Assembly (NCBI GenBank): GCA_964016885.1
Contig: OZ024743.1
Span: forward strand, 234,856,001 to 234,920,000
DNA length: 64,000 nt
From: Eledone cirrhosa
Taxonomy: Eukaryota
Direction: 5' to 3'
The notes below the pieces were generated by a model. The model saw only the letters and a list, made by a program, of their open reading frames with translations, was not told the DNA's origin and made no database searches. Shown here piece after piece: positions 49,281-63,119 of this stretch; position 1 is the first letter of the stretch; every line of letters starts with the position of its first letter. The position numbers were made by a program, and so were the translations under genes.

Positions 49281-52202
49281 CTGTTAAGGGCAGAGATAGA
49301 AAGTTAGAAGAAGAAACAGATTTTCTTTATTGAATTTCTTAGTTATATTTCATTAACAATAGTAATAATCAAAAACATAACAATAACAATGTTGCAGGTT
49401 TGGGGGTTGGCTGAGTATTATGAGAGGACTGTAGAATGCATGCAAGTTCATACAATGTAGCTTTTGGACATCAAATCACAACTAGATCGAAAACCAGTGG
49501 ATTGATGTAAGTCAAGACAAATAATTAGATGCACATTGCTTACCAAATAATTAATTATGAATATGAATTCTGAATGTCCATACACACAATCACATACTCC
49601 CATTCCTTATCTCTTGGAGGTGGGGGAAAGCATTTTTCAACAACCCTAAATTTGCATAGTTAAAACAAAATCACAACAATTAAAAAATGGCAACTGAATA
49701 TTGATACGTTTGGAATGATGTGAGTATAGAAATAATCTTAAAGTTAAAAAATACAGAGTATAAACACAAATCTAGTTAGCAGATTTAATAAAAACATTTC
49801 ACAAATTAAAGTAACATAAATGAGACAGAGTGATGGAGGGAGGGGGAAGAGAGAAAACAATTATTGTTCTAATTTTTAAACTTTCAAATAAATATTAAGT
49901 TAATTTAACATGAGATAGGAAAGCTTTGAGAAGTCCAAATGAAGTTTAAAGAACAATACAATAAGATAACCAGATATACTTCCAGCCAAACAATGAATGG
50001 AAGAGATGAACAGAAAATGTATTAATCAAGCAATCGACAATAATAGTAGATGCCACTACATTTCTTGGAATTGAAGATTTTTATACTTTTTATAGAACTG
50101 AGATGAGTTTTAGGACACAAATAGCTGTTTGACATGGAAGAAAATGATGAGAGATACTGTCAAGTTATATGAAAATAACTTCATAAGAAATAGTACAGAG
50201 AAAGTAGTAAACTATTTTAAAAAACACTTAGCACTAAATAGAATTCTTTTTATCATTTTATTAGCTTTTTTTAAATATGGCAAAGAGTTAATGACAATAA
50301 CATTACTATATCCATCAAAGTATATGCAAATTTTTGTGTGCATACATATTTTACACACACACACACACACACATGCATGCACAGCTATCTAGCTATTTTA
50401 ATATTTTATTTTAGATAGTTGTTACTAACCAGGAAATAATACATATTGATTACAAAAGGATATAGAGGAATTGTAACAGACTAAATGACCAAACAAAGAA
50501 AACAAACAACTGATGTGTTTAGCTAAACTAGACTAGAAATGTTAACATTGGAATGCCTGAATCATTATTCAAAAACCAACTTTACATACTTTGAGGGGAT
50601 TTTTTTCTATTATCCCAGACTATCTAGTTGATTGTTTTTTTTTTACTGAAAAAAAAAAAAAAAAAATGTATGAAACAAAACTAATACTGAAGCAATGAGA
50701 TAAAAGGGTCAGCAGAGTAGGCTGATCAAGTTCAAGCTGATTGAACAATGAAAGCCCTAGAGCACTGCTAGTAAAATTCTGCATGACTTCCCAGATAATG
50801 AGGATCTTGATACATCAGCAGTTGGTTTATAACTCATGTCCAAGAAGAGAGGAGTGATCAGTGTTGGAAAACAGTAGACTGACCAAGAGAGCAACACAAT
50901 AACAAGGTCATCCCTAAAGATAATAATAATATGGAATGTAACACATCTCTCATGACTTCAAATCCCACACTCCAAAAAATTATTATAATAAAACAATTGG
51001 ATATTTTACCAGTAATTTTAAGATATGTTTATTGCATTATGAATAAGTCTAAATAAATCTTTTGTGTTTGTTTTGAATCAAGAAGGAAAGAGTGTTGACT
51101 TAAGGAATAAAAGATGTTTGGATGAATATAATTGAAATTTTAGTAGTATTTCCAAAATACCTCCTTTCTGATGATTCTTATAAATAAACAAAAGTACATA
51201 GGAAATTTAGACACTAAATCTGAACACAACTAAAGATAAAGTGGCTATTTATTTCACTTATTGTTAATAACCAACAAAATGTGAAAAAAGAAGACTTTTC
51301 AGTGTTTTAAACATTTTATATTGTTTAATAAAAAAAAGAAGTAGCAAAGTGGTCAGTTTGGTGGTTGTATTGCTGCCAGCTGTAAAATCATACAGATATA
51401 CAACATTTTAGGCTGAATATTTCTCTTATGGCAAACTTACAATCATTGAGACTGGAAGATAGTCAAGTGAGTCAAACAGTACCTCACAACCACCTACCAC
51501 TAGTGGCTTCAAAGTCTAGCAAAATAAGCAGAGAGCTTTATTGTTTTTATGGTATTATCAGAGGTTAATGGAGAAATAAGTTATGTAAACTTAATGTTTA
51601 GAAAAAAAACTCTTTAAAGTTATTTTGCCTTACTTTTTAAAAACAGCTATAAAAATAAGTTGCATAAATAATATCTTGCTTGTAATATAGTTCGTATTTT
51701 TTATGAAGCAAAAAAGAAAATATTTCTTAATAAGCCAAAGAAAAAATAAGATAATGGTAACATTCTTGTTACATAATACTTTAAAGTCTTATAATTTGGA
51801 ATGATTAAATATCTCTTTAATTGTAAATTATACACTTGACTAATAACACCAATTTATACAACCAAGACAGTGCTGACACCTGATGGCAGGAATAAGAGAC
51901 TGACTTTTAGAATATTATTTGAAGCCAACTCTATAATATAAAAAAAAAAGTCAAGAATTGACAGTATTGTTTCATAAAGAAATCCAGCAACAATGCCCAT
52001 ACCAGTCTGAGCAATTGAAAAGAATGGCTGGTGTTGGCACAGTTACAGCTACTGTCAGTAACATTCAATCTGTAGACAGTTTCCACATGATCCCTTAACA
52101 TCAGGTGCTTGCAAGTTCAGGATATTATCCTGCCGCTAACACTCATGCCTTTCATTTGTCTCTAATAGTTTCTTCTTTTGCTTGGATAAGTTGATTCAAG
52201 AG

Positions 52203-55200
52203 TTAATAGGTAGGTGTTTGAAAATCTGGAGCTTCTTTTTGCGCACTAAATGGTGGTTGCTGATATGGATCACCAGTCTCACTTCCTGGGAAGGAAGAAT
52301 AGGGGGAGGAAACATTTGCGTCTGGTTCATAACCGCTTGTGAAAGCTTCACCTGCACCCAAACGGTACTTCTGAACAGCCAAAAAAGTGAGGACACCCTG
52401 TAATAGATATTATAAAAGTTATAGTTGAAATAAACAGTATGTAAAAATCTGAAACAAAAAACACCAATAATGATACAAAGAAATATAATAATTGTTTCTA
52501 CTTTTCGCACAAGGCCAAGCAATTATCCTAGTGTATTACTGGTACTTTATTTTATCGACCCCGTAAGGATGAAAGGTAAAGTTAACCTCAGCGGGATTTG
52601 AACTCAGACCATAAAGGGGCGTAACTCTTTGCTGCAAAGCATGGTGTCCGACCCTCTACCGATACTGCCAATCCACCACCCTTATTATCGATCAACATTA
52701 TTATAAAGAAATATAGGGCGGTGGATTGGCAGTATCGGTAGAGGGTCGGACGCCATGCTTTGACGCATAGAGTTACGGCCCTTGCCATTCTGAGTTCAAA
52801 TCCCGCCAAGGTTAACTTTGCCTTTCATCCTTACGGGGTCGATAAAATAAAGTACCTGTAATGCACTGGGTTATTTGATGGCCTTGTGCCAAAAATAGAA
52901 ACAATATAATAATGTCGATCAGATATGAAAAATATTTGCTGGCATGCAGCATTGCTTCGCATCTCCATAAGACATTGACCTGGATAAAATATATATCATT
53001 TAAGTAACAGATAATGTCATCCTAGATAACACTGTCTAAATAAAAGACAGGATGGAATTCCTTTGATCATAGGTCTGCTGGATCAGGGCTGATCTAAGCT
53101 TAAACAACAACCTAATAGATTCTATTTTTTCATAGATTCACAACCACATATCCACAGTGAAAGGATGTATACATCAACAACTAAGGAATGTGTACTATAA
53201 TGTTCACGTTTGTCATAACAAGATGGTTGTTTATACATGAAATTAGAGAAATCATTCAACTAAAATGAATAACAGAATCCTATGATACTGTAAACAGTAA
53301 TTATAGAAAAGGAACATTCATGCACTGAATCTTTCATTTGTTTCAAATTATGTGACGACCCAAAACAATAGGATGATTAAAAAAACAATAAGGCAATCCA
53401 TACTGGTCATTTTGGTATCAACAAAAAGCACCTAGTACACACTGTAAAGTGGTCATGTAGGTAGGTGTCACGATAAAAAGCACCCAGTCCACTCTGTAAA
53501 TGTGGTTGGCATTAGGAAAGATATCCAGCTGTAGAAACCAAGCCAAAATCAGTTCTGTATGAGCATCACATGGTAATCTGATTTGGCTTCTCTCACAATG
53601 GGACAACTGGTCTAACCCATGTTAGCGTGGAAAAATGGGCGTTAAACAATGATGAAGATGATAATGAAGGCAGCTCTTGATAGCAGAGAAAGTGGATGCT
53701 GAACGATAATGATGATGATTAAAGCAGTTGCTTATTGTGTAACAGTCAAATCTGTGTATGTTGTAAGTCATAGAATAGTTATACCATATAGAAAAGTAGG
53801 ATATGGCTAGAATGCTGTCTAAGCGCTTTCAATACCAAACTGCACAAGATTAATCCTGCTTTTATTTTAACAAATCAGTCACAAACTGATCATATTAAAA
53901 TGTACGATTAAAATTTCTACCATAATTCTCAGATGGAATTATTAAGACACCATATGTGACAAGGCTGAAGCTTTGTATTGCAGATACAATCCATCTGAGA
54001 GGCTTCCACAGTTTCCATATAACGTTTTTTATTCTCAGGCATGAGTCAACTTGAGTTCAAGGTAAAAGACATTTGTAAAAGGTCCCATGTAGCAGGATCA
54101 AACTTAGAATTTCATGATTGGAAAGCAAACTTCTTAACCACTCTGGCATACCTGTGTCCACAGATGTAGTCAATTGTGTGTGTACATGTCTGTGTGCACA
54201 TGCAAAAGTTGCTCAGTCTCAGATGCGTGAGTAATACTTTCATGTGAAACATGTATTTCAAATAATGGCACATCAATAAAAATGATGTATTTATCCATGA
54301 AAGACAAGCTGATCTTCATTAACTCTGTATAAACTCATCTAAAGTAAGTAATATGATGCCATTAAAGGTGTGTCACAACAATGGTCTTTCCTCACAATCC
54401 TCCATTCACTGAATCTGTGATATTTAAAACATAACTTATAGTAATACTTACAAAGCTAAGAATTGAAAAGAAAGAGAATGCAATAGCAGCCTGAATATCA
54501 TCTTTGCCATGTTCCTTTGGAGACACTGATTTAGTCTTCCTCCATGAATCAGCAAGATAACAGAAACACACAAACCACATAAATGTCCAGGCTCCTACAA
54601 ATAGAAATATAGTACATGAAATTAAGAAAAATTTTAGTTTTCTATTAATATCTTTTGTTAACCATAAATATTGTTAAATGAAAATATCAGCCACCTGGTA
54701 CAGCTAATGCATGCATGCTCCTGTAACTCCTGATGGATCATAGGGGTGACATATGTCAATACAGGGTTTGTAGGACATTTTAAAAAACTTGGTGGAGCCT
54801 TATCTCCTCACCAGGTCTGAATACAGCAGATTTCCTCCAGAGAAGAATAGAGAGACTGAAAGAATGTGAGAAAGAGATATAGAGGAAGAAGGATCCCAGT
54901 ACTTGACTGGAACTTTTTTTTATCAATCTCGAATTGATGAAAGGCAAAGTTGATCCTGGCAGGACTTGAACTCAGAGGATAAAGCATTCTATCCAATGTT
55001 TTAACGACCCTGCCAATTTGCTGCCATGGTACAGCTAATAAGTAAAAATCCATTCAGATAACATCAATTATTTGTTCAAGTTGAGAGCAAACATGATTAA
55101 AAACAGAAATGTTTCTCAACAGCTGGGATTTTCAATAACTGGTTTACACTATCATCTGGAAACTGATAGTATGATAAATTTAGTTAAGCAAAAATATATT

Positions 55201-56691
55201 GAATTAAAATACTCTGGTATATTTCAAGAATATATTTATTTCTTCTTATTTATATAATTAAGAGGGCAGTAGATTGGCAGTATCGGTAGAGTGTTAGACA
55301 ACATGCTTTGCGGTATATAGTTACGGTTCTTTATGTTCTGAGTTCAAATCCCACCAAGGTTAGCTTTACCTTTCATCCTTATGGGGTCGATAAAATAATG
55401 TACCAGTAATGCACTGGGGTCAATTTAATCGACTTCCCCAGCTTAAAATTTTTGCCATTGTGCCTAAATCAGAAATCTATATAAAAAAGAAAGAATACTA
55501 AAAATTAAAATGAAATCAATTTAAATAACCCTAAATTTAAATTAATGATTTACAATAATCACTACCCATAAAATGCAACTGAAGAAGTTATGGAAGTACT
55601 AAGCTAATTTTCATTACTTTCAGTTCAACAAAACATGTTTTACAAATTATCAATGAGGTTTTATATTTTCATAGTGTAATGAGACATTACCAAGTCTACA
55701 ATGTAAATGTTGGCATTTGGAAGGGCATCCAGCTGTAGAAACCAAGCCCAAAACAGTTTTGTATGAGCAAGACACGGTCACCTGATCTGGCTCGCCTCAA
55801 ATGGGATAACTCATCTAACCCATGTTAGTGTGGAAAAATGGACATTAAATGGTGATGATGATAAAGTATCAATGAGGTTTTTATTGAAGCAAATTGTCCA
55901 TCAAGGATCAGACGAAATAGGAGGATATCTTGTGGAAAGAGTTTGATAAGCAAGCACCAAAGGAGTTAGAAGAGGAAGAGGACAAAGAAGAGGATAGCTT
56001 TCATGAGCCTGATGAAGAAAACTTCTATGGTTTTGATTCAATCGAATAAATTGCTTAATCTGTTCTTTTTAATAATGATTTCTGATTTAGGCACAAGGCC
56101 AACAATTTTCAGGGGAAGGGAAAGTCGATTAAATCAGCCCCAGTGCATTACTGGTGCTTTATTTTATCAAACTGTAAGGATGAAAATCATCACTACCTTA
56201 TGTGTGCTTTTCTATGCTGGTATGAATGATGGGTTTTGTGTAGTTTACATCTACCAATTTTACATGTAAGGCATTGGTCAGTCTGAGGCTATGAGAGAAG
56301 TCACTTTCCCATGGTATCATGGTGTGGTATAGAACCGGAAACCATGTGAATACAAAGTGAACTTCTTAACCACACAGCCATCCCTGATAAAAGCAGTTTC
56401 AATGAAAGAATTATAAAAAAAATTGTTCCATGCTCCCAGTGAAAGTATAATGATGTAAAAAGAATATTTACCTGAGAAGCCTAAGTCTCCAAGAACAGCA
56501 TATTTACGATGTTGTACACTGCTGATGTTATCAAATACTGCATCAATGACCAAAAAGATAATGCAAGCAAGAAACGCCAATACCCCTACAGCCGAACCAA
56601 ATCGACATGCATTGTTGTCTCCGTTAAATTGGCATTTTTCAAGATACCAGCCACCTGATGCTATACAGCCAAACACCACAACTGAAAACAG
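52203..56691 (-). CDS. SYNGR: Synaptogyrin (MARVEL domain), last three coding exons; exon 1 not found in the window
   Basis: Exons 56691-56472 (LFSVVVFGCIA...CQFNGDNNACRFGSAVGVLAFL...ISSVQHRKYAVLGDLGFS), 54594-54452 (GAWTFMWFVCFCYLADSW...QAAIAFSFFSILSF) and 52397-52203 (...SPYSSFPG..GDPYQQPPFS...FQTPTY*). GT-AG with consistent phases. Candidate AATAAA at 49331-49326. Confidence 0.93.
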
Positions 56692-56825
56692 CTGGAAGAG
56701 AAACGAAATAGGAATATATATATATGTATGTAAGTAAGCAAAAGGCAAACATAAATAATAAAGCAAATGACACAGTAGAATGAAGAAATATATTAGTTTT
56801 ACGCTTGATATAGCATGAAAAGAAT

Positions 56826-56856
56826 GTTAACGTTTCAGACGTTAGGCCTTCATTAG
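56826..56856 (-). ncRNA. Degenerate minimal hammerhead ribozyme motif (Penelope-type relic)
   Basis: The - strand reads CTAATGA-aggcctaacgtct-GAAAC-gttaac. The core CUGANGA is mutated to CUAAUGA. Confidence 0.45.
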
Positions 56857-59461
56857 AAAATAGAATGAGCAGAGCCAGAAATGTAAAAAAATTTCTTTGG
56901 AGAGAGAGAGAAGAAAATGACATTTATTGTTATACAATATCTGAAACAACTGAGAAATGTCATTATAATGTAATTTAACTTTATACCGTCCTGTTTGAAA
57001 CTTAATGTTTCTAAGATACAAACCCTTCAGTTTAACTCTTTAGCAATTACATTACTCTATATATACTATTCTATTTTCACTGTAACTTTATCTCACATAA
57101 TTACCTAACATAATATTGAATCTATGAGAATTTGATATTGAGAACAATACCTTAACATCAGTATGAGCAGCCGATTATGACTGGTTTGAAGAGAAAGAGG
57201 TTTGAGAATTCTGGATGGATACGGCCAGTTTAAATGTTAAAGGGTTAAAGTGTTCACATTTACATTATATAAAATTACGTTGGACAGTTAAAAATAAAGA
57301 ATAGATGGTTAAATAATGTTTAAAATAGCAAATTAATAATGAATTATTTTCATAAATCTTATCAAATTATTTCAAAAATTTATTGAAAGTCTCAGTGAAT
57401 TTCTTTAGAAAGAGGGTCACCAAAAGGTTAAGTAAATAATCAAGTTTAGATTAATTAGAATTAAGCTCTTTAGGAGAAATATTTGTTTGTTTTTTTCTTT
57501 TAGAAAATGTTTGAAACTAAGTATTCCATGCTGTGTATTTTCTGTAAAAGATATGAGACCCAATGTGTCATCAGCAGTACAAAGTGAATGTGAACTAAGA
57601 AAACTGATAATGAAAACTAAAGTTATAAGATGACTTCTATAAATATATATTAAAGTGTTAGCAATAGGGAAATGGTAAAAGAAAAAAAAAATGTGTAGGA
57701 AGTTAGCATTTTATATTTTTGTATGAATTTGTTGAAGGAGGAGTGTCTCCCTAACCTTCACAGACCTGAAACAGGTGAAATCAACATAGTTTATATTTAA
57801 CTTTAACATCTGTAAGTTGAAGTGTATAGGAAAAACATACTGAAGGGACAAAGATGCTCTAGGAGATGGAATTAAGCATAGTGGTGATGCCAGGAGGAAA
57901 TTCAAGTGTGTTGAGTGGAGGTGGTATGTAACTAGTTTAGGAACAGAGGCCATTTTAGTAGTGATAGAATAGAGAGACAAGGACACAGAACATTTGTGAG
58001 CCAAAGGTACTTATTTAGCTCCAGGTCAACTCATTAAGCACACCTATGAAAAACAGCATACTATCCATGATAATCTTTTCTCCTTAGAGATATGTAGGAC
58101 TACATTAATTTATCCTTCCCTTCTATAAAGACAGTAGGGTGTGATTTGAGAGAAATTTGGCTGTTATATCCTCCACAGTAGGACAGAGATTATAGTGTGT
58201 TGCTGAATGAGTCCATGTCAATTAGATTAAGATTTCTTTTGAATGTGGTCAAGGATGTTTGTTATCCTAGATGTTTGTGGACCAATCAAGATTTTCATAG
58301 TTCTTTATACTTTCACAGCAGACAGTTCTCCATTTTTCACAGTCAGCAGTTATGACTTCAAAAGAAGTGAGAGGTATGTGCACAGATTTAAGATTGTACC
58401 TCTGTTTGTCTTTATATCTAAGTAATGGCCTGCTTACATTACATGCACCATTAAGAAATTGATTGCATAACAGCACTTTGGGTGTGCGGTCCTCAGTCAT
58501 CTGTAGGACATGACCAGCACATCTGAATTTATATTAGAAATTACTCAATCTCACTCCTCATGAAGAGATTGGCAATAGAGATTCTGTTAGACATTTCATA
58601 ATCACAGATAGATGGTTTAGTAGAAAACACTTGTCCAAAGTGTTATGTAGGCAACACGGTAAAAACCTCCCAGCCCCACACTGTAAATGTGGTTGGTGTT
58701 AGGAAGGGCATCCAGCTGTAGAAAACCCGCCAGATAGTCCACGCTGTAATGTGGCCGTGTAGGCAACACGGTAAAAACCTCCCAGCCCCACACTGTAAAT
58801 GTGGTTGGTGTTAGGAAGGGCATCCAACTGTAGAAAACCCGCCAGACAGTCCTATGCGAGCAAGACAACCACTCTTGCCTCAAGTGGGAAAACCCCCGTC
58901 CAAACCCATGCAAGCGTGGAACACGGACGCTAAACCTGATGATGATGATGATGATGATAGAACTCAAGACCACATGGTTGTGAAGTAAACTTCTTAACCA
59001 CACAGCCATGCTTGTGTCAATATTTTCAGTTAATCTTACTTTAGAGCTTAAATATAAACTTATGTTTACTGATTAAGAGATATATAAGTTTGAAAATGGA
59101 ATGCTGTGAAGGAGAAGACTTGATAACAATCACTGTATCAGGCTGAGTGTTTGAGATGGAAGACAAATATGAAAGAAAATGAAACAAGAAAGAATGAGAA
59201 ATATTGACATGAGCAACATAAAATTTAGATGGGATGGAATTTATATATTATGGGGTTTACAAATTGTGTAAAAAAAAAAATTTCTTTTAGCCACAAGATG
59301 ACTATCAATTAAAATACAAAGAATGACATATTTTTCAGCTAGATACACAAAGTTAAGTAGAATGATGTATGTAATCACAGAGCACACTGTAATAGCTGTA
59401 GCAAAGGTAGAACTCCTTTTGTTAATGTGTGTTTCTATATGAAAGGTCTATCAATATAACA

Positions 59462-59492
<31 letters not shown>

Positions 59493-60645
59493 GGGGAGGG
59501 GGAGAGGTTGTATGTGTTTAGAATAGAACCCCCAGCTCTAACCCCACCCAAAGAGAGAGAAAGAGAGAGAGACAAATGAACATACAATATGGGAGTTAGA
59601 TAAAGCACAAACATTCTTCCTGACATACTCTGTACCACATGACGAAATGTAAAGACAGACAACACATCACATGACTAACAATCAAGAGAAGATAACAAAA
59701 TTGTTTCATCATCATTATTACTTTGTGGTGGATTGGCAGTATCGGTAGAGGGTCGGACATCATGCTTTCCAGCATAGTTACGTCCCTTTACGATCCGAGT
59801 TCAAATCCCGCCGAGGTTGACTTTGCCTTTCATCCTTACGGGGTCGATAAAATAAAGTACCAGTAATGCACTGGGTGATTGCTGGCCTTATGCCTAAAGT
59901 AGAAACAATTATTACTTTGTGGATTGACAGTATCGGTAGAGGGTCGGACACCGTGCTTTGACGCATATATTTACGCCCCTTGCCATTCTGAGTTCAAATC
60001 CCGCCAAGGTTAACTTCGCCTTTCATCCTTACGGGGTTGATAAAATAAAGTACCAGTAATGCACTGGGATAATTGCTGCAGTATGTATAGTAATTGAGAA
60101 AGGAGTGCATTTGGTAGTAGATATGGTATCAAGAAGCTATTCTATAAATCCCACAGATAAACTTTAGTAAATATTTAGTCATGTGTCTCTGATGATTGCA
60201 TCTTTGGATTTGCTTGTGCTGTACTCCTGGCAATAACGATTATTAATTCCTGTAACTACAGTTATAACTTTTAGAGACACAGTCATAAAGAAGGCACTGA
60301 GAGTATCAACTGTCAGCCTACCAGCTTAATAGGTTTAAAAATAGACATATTCTTGTCATGTGGGTTAATGCTGCTATTGACAATAGACAGAAATATTTCA
60401 GGTGTGAGAAAAATGCAAACGAAGCCTAGAGGGAAATGTATGTGAAAACAATTACCTGTATATTGTATGAATTGACACTTTCACCTGTAATCGCTTGTCT
60501 TGGAAACAGTCATATAAAGTTATATTAATGTCAACAAAAATTACATTTTTTTGTTTAACACCTCCCTGACCATGGCCAATCATGACCAAGGAGATCTAAA
60601 GGTCTGATTTGAAAAAGATTTGGCAGGTATTGGAATCATATAAGG

Positions 60646-61272
60646 CAGCAATCCCCAACCACTGGGCTGTAAACCATTTGCTGTTGGACCACAGAGAAAG
60701 AATAAAAACTATCTTTTCCATTTTATTTACTATTGCAGTCTACCTTATGTTGAGCCGAGTCACATTTAATGAAATAATTAAAGTAATAATAAAATTATAT
60801 AATATGGAGGCACATGGCTTAGTGGTTAGAATATTGGCCTTGCAATCGAAAGGTTGTGAGTTCAATTCTCAGACCGGGGTGATGTGTTGTTTCCTTGAGC
60901 AAGACTTTATTTCACATTGCTCCAGTTTACTCAGCTGTAGAAATGAGATGATAGGACTGGGGTCCCTATCATTCCACTGCAAAATGGTCGTGGAGGTGCC
61001 ACGAAAAAAAAGCACCCAGCCCACACTGTAAAGTGGACGTGTAGGCGCCACAGGAAAAAGCACCCAGCACTCACTGTAAATGAGGTTGGTGTTAGGAAGG
61101 ACATCCAGCTGTGGAAATCAAGCCAGAATCAGTTTCCGTCCCACCCTTGCAAGCAGGGAAAAGCGGACGTAAAATGATGATGATGATGCAGTTTATTGTT
61201 TATTGTATTTTGTTATGTGCGTGACTGACACCCTCTCCTCAGTCCGTGGGGCAAAAAGTTTGGGGACTGCTG
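60646..61272. mobile_element. hAT (Charlie-like) MITE with nested SINE B (60806-61188)
   Basis: TIRs cagcaatccccaacc / gtttggggactgctg; degenerate 8-bp TSD atataagg / atgtaaag. Confidence 0.7.
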
Positions 61273-63119
61273 ATGTAAAGGATTCTTCATATATTTGGTC
61301 TGCATGTGTATTATATAAAATAGGGTGTATCTAGTTGTTGCTTAATCTCAGATAAGCTTTGAGTTCTGATTAAGCACTTGAGCAAGGCACAAAGTTTCAT
61401 CCACCAATTTGCTCAACTGACAAGACAGGTTCCACTTTCCATTTTTTTCGTTGAATAGTCAACATCATCATTATCGTTTAATGTCTATTTTCCACATTAG
61501 CACGGCTTAGACGGGTTTGTCCCATTTGAGGCAAGTTGGGTCGGGTGACAGTGTCTTGCTCATATAGGACTGTTTCTGGCTGGTTTTCTACAGCTGGATG
61601 CCCTTCCTAATGCCAACCACATTTACAGTGTGTGCTGGGTGCTTTTTGCCATGTCTCCTACACGGATGATTTACAGTGTGGATTGGGTGCTTTTTGTTGT
61701 GACACCTACATGACCGCTTTACTGTGTCTCCTACACAAACGCTTTACAGTGTGGACTGGGTGCTTTTTGTTGCGACACCTACATGACCGCTTTACTGTGT
61801 CTCCTACACGACTGCTTTATAGTGTGGGCTGGGTGCTTTTGGTTGTGACACCTACATGACCGCTTTACTGTGTGCTTTTCGCCGTGTCTCCTACATGACC
61901 GCTTTACAGTGTGGGCTGGGTGCTTTTTGTCGTGACGCCATGTCAATGTTAAAAAATAAAATAAAGACATTCAACAATAAAACAAATACTCCATGCAAAC
62001 AAAAAAATAAAGTATTATATATTTTTTCTATAAATTTCATGTTGGAGATGAAAAGGATCGAGTGAGCAACATAACTCACTACTAGTTCATGAGTTACGAG
62101 TTTGAATTTACTAGAAGGATGATGATATGTTTAATTCTATCTGTTTTGATCTATGTAGATGATGGGAATGGATCATGAGGTTGAAAAAGAAAATCACTTT
62201 CATATAAAAAAATGCCAGCATAAGCACATCACAAGGCATATTACTCCAACTTAGTTTTCTTAACTCTTCTTGTGACAAGGATTTTATCTCAAAATATTAA
62301 GGACCAATTAAAGACATCCATGGTAACAGGTGGATTGGCAGTATCGGTAGAGAGTCGGATGTCATGCTTTGACGCATAGAGTTACGGCCCTTTATGATCT
62401 GAGTTCAAATACCGCCGAGGTTAACTTTGCCTTTCATTCTTACGGGGTCGATAAAATAAAGTACCAGTAATGGGAAATTGCTGGCCTTGTGCCAAAAGTA
62501 GAAACAATTATTTTAATATTTAATGAGTTCAAATCTCGCTGAGGTTAACTTTGCTTTTCATCCTTACGGGGTCGATAAAATAAAGCACCATTAATGCACT
62601 GGGATAATTGCTGGCCTTGTGCCAAAAGTAGAAACAATTATTTTGATATTTAATGTTCTATTTGTATTGCTGTAACCCTCTGAAAAAACACTATTTTCTA
62701 AACTTCCCACAATGATTCAAGTACCACTCACCTCAACAGAATAAGAATGAGTCAAGTCATCATCATCATCATCATCGTTTAACGTCCATGTTCCACGCTT
62801 GCATGGGTTTGGACGGGAGTTTTCCCACTTGAGGCAAGAGTGGTTGTCTTGCTCGCATAGGACTGTCTGGCGGGTTTTCTACAGTTGGATGCCCTTCCTA
62901 ACACCAACCACATTTACAGTATGGAGCTGGGAGGTTTTTACCGTGTTGCCTACACGGTCACATTACAGCGTGGACTGTGTGTTTTTTTTGTCGTGACACC
63001 TACACGATCTCATTTGTTTTGGCCTGGATGTTGTGGCACCAACATAACTTTACATTGAAAGGAGCGGTGTGGATGGGGTGGGGGTGGTGGGACGGGGGTG
63101 TATTTTGTTAGAGATGCCT

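Noticed and set aside
52196-52522. 108-aa ORF at the synaptogyrin last exon
   Set aside because: Wrong frame. The spliced frame 52397-52203 gives the synaptogyrin-type tail.
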